64,000 nucleotides of DNA from Ministeria vibrans ATCC 50519 (Eukaryota > Protista > Filasterea): assembly GCA_943704425.1 (NCBI GenBank), contig CALSCP010001980.1, positions 12,306 to 76,305 of the forward strand. The letters are read 5' to 3'. The position numbers and the translations under genes were made by a program. Shown here piece by piece: positions 63,833 through 64,000 of this stretch (within the stretch, counting starts at the first letter, position 1; each line of letters begins with the position of its first letter). The notes beneath the pieces were generated by a model. That model worked only from the letters and a program-made list of their open reading frames with translations. It did not search any database and was not told the origin of the DNA.

Positions 63833-64000
<168 letters not shown>

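Overview
Gene-dense, intron-rich eukaryotic nuclear DNA with short canonical GT-AG introns, AT-rich intergenic spacers, many AC/AG/AAT microsatellites and four N gaps. Gene content suggests a flagellated, non-animal opisthokont, most likely a unicellular holozoan (inference). It combines axonemal genes (RSPH4/6, DRC7, WDR87/97-like), a fungal-type trifunctional HIS4 and 'animal-like' regulators (HEXIM, a RIAM/lamellipodin-type MRL adaptor, ANKFY1, COMMD3, BAG6). About 30 protein genes are present, mostly alternating head-to-head and tail-to-tail with very short spacers. The best leads are: (1) a HEXIM homologue with a divergent PYNT motif, implying a possible pre-metazoan 7SK/P-TEFb control system; (2) a SAM-fused MRL (RA-PH) adaptor; (3) two junctions in GA repeats where half-genes meet, one of them an in-frame NAA35-ANKFY1 join (probably assembly collapse); (4) a dispersed intronic repeat resembling a branch point plus polypyrimidine tract; (5) a cyclophilin with an AT-hook, a bZIP with four DPF motifs, RFX X-box half-sites at ciliary genes, structured long introns and a reverse-transcriptase fragment. 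All identifications come from recognised motifs and manual splicing; no database search was run. CDS coordinates span introns.
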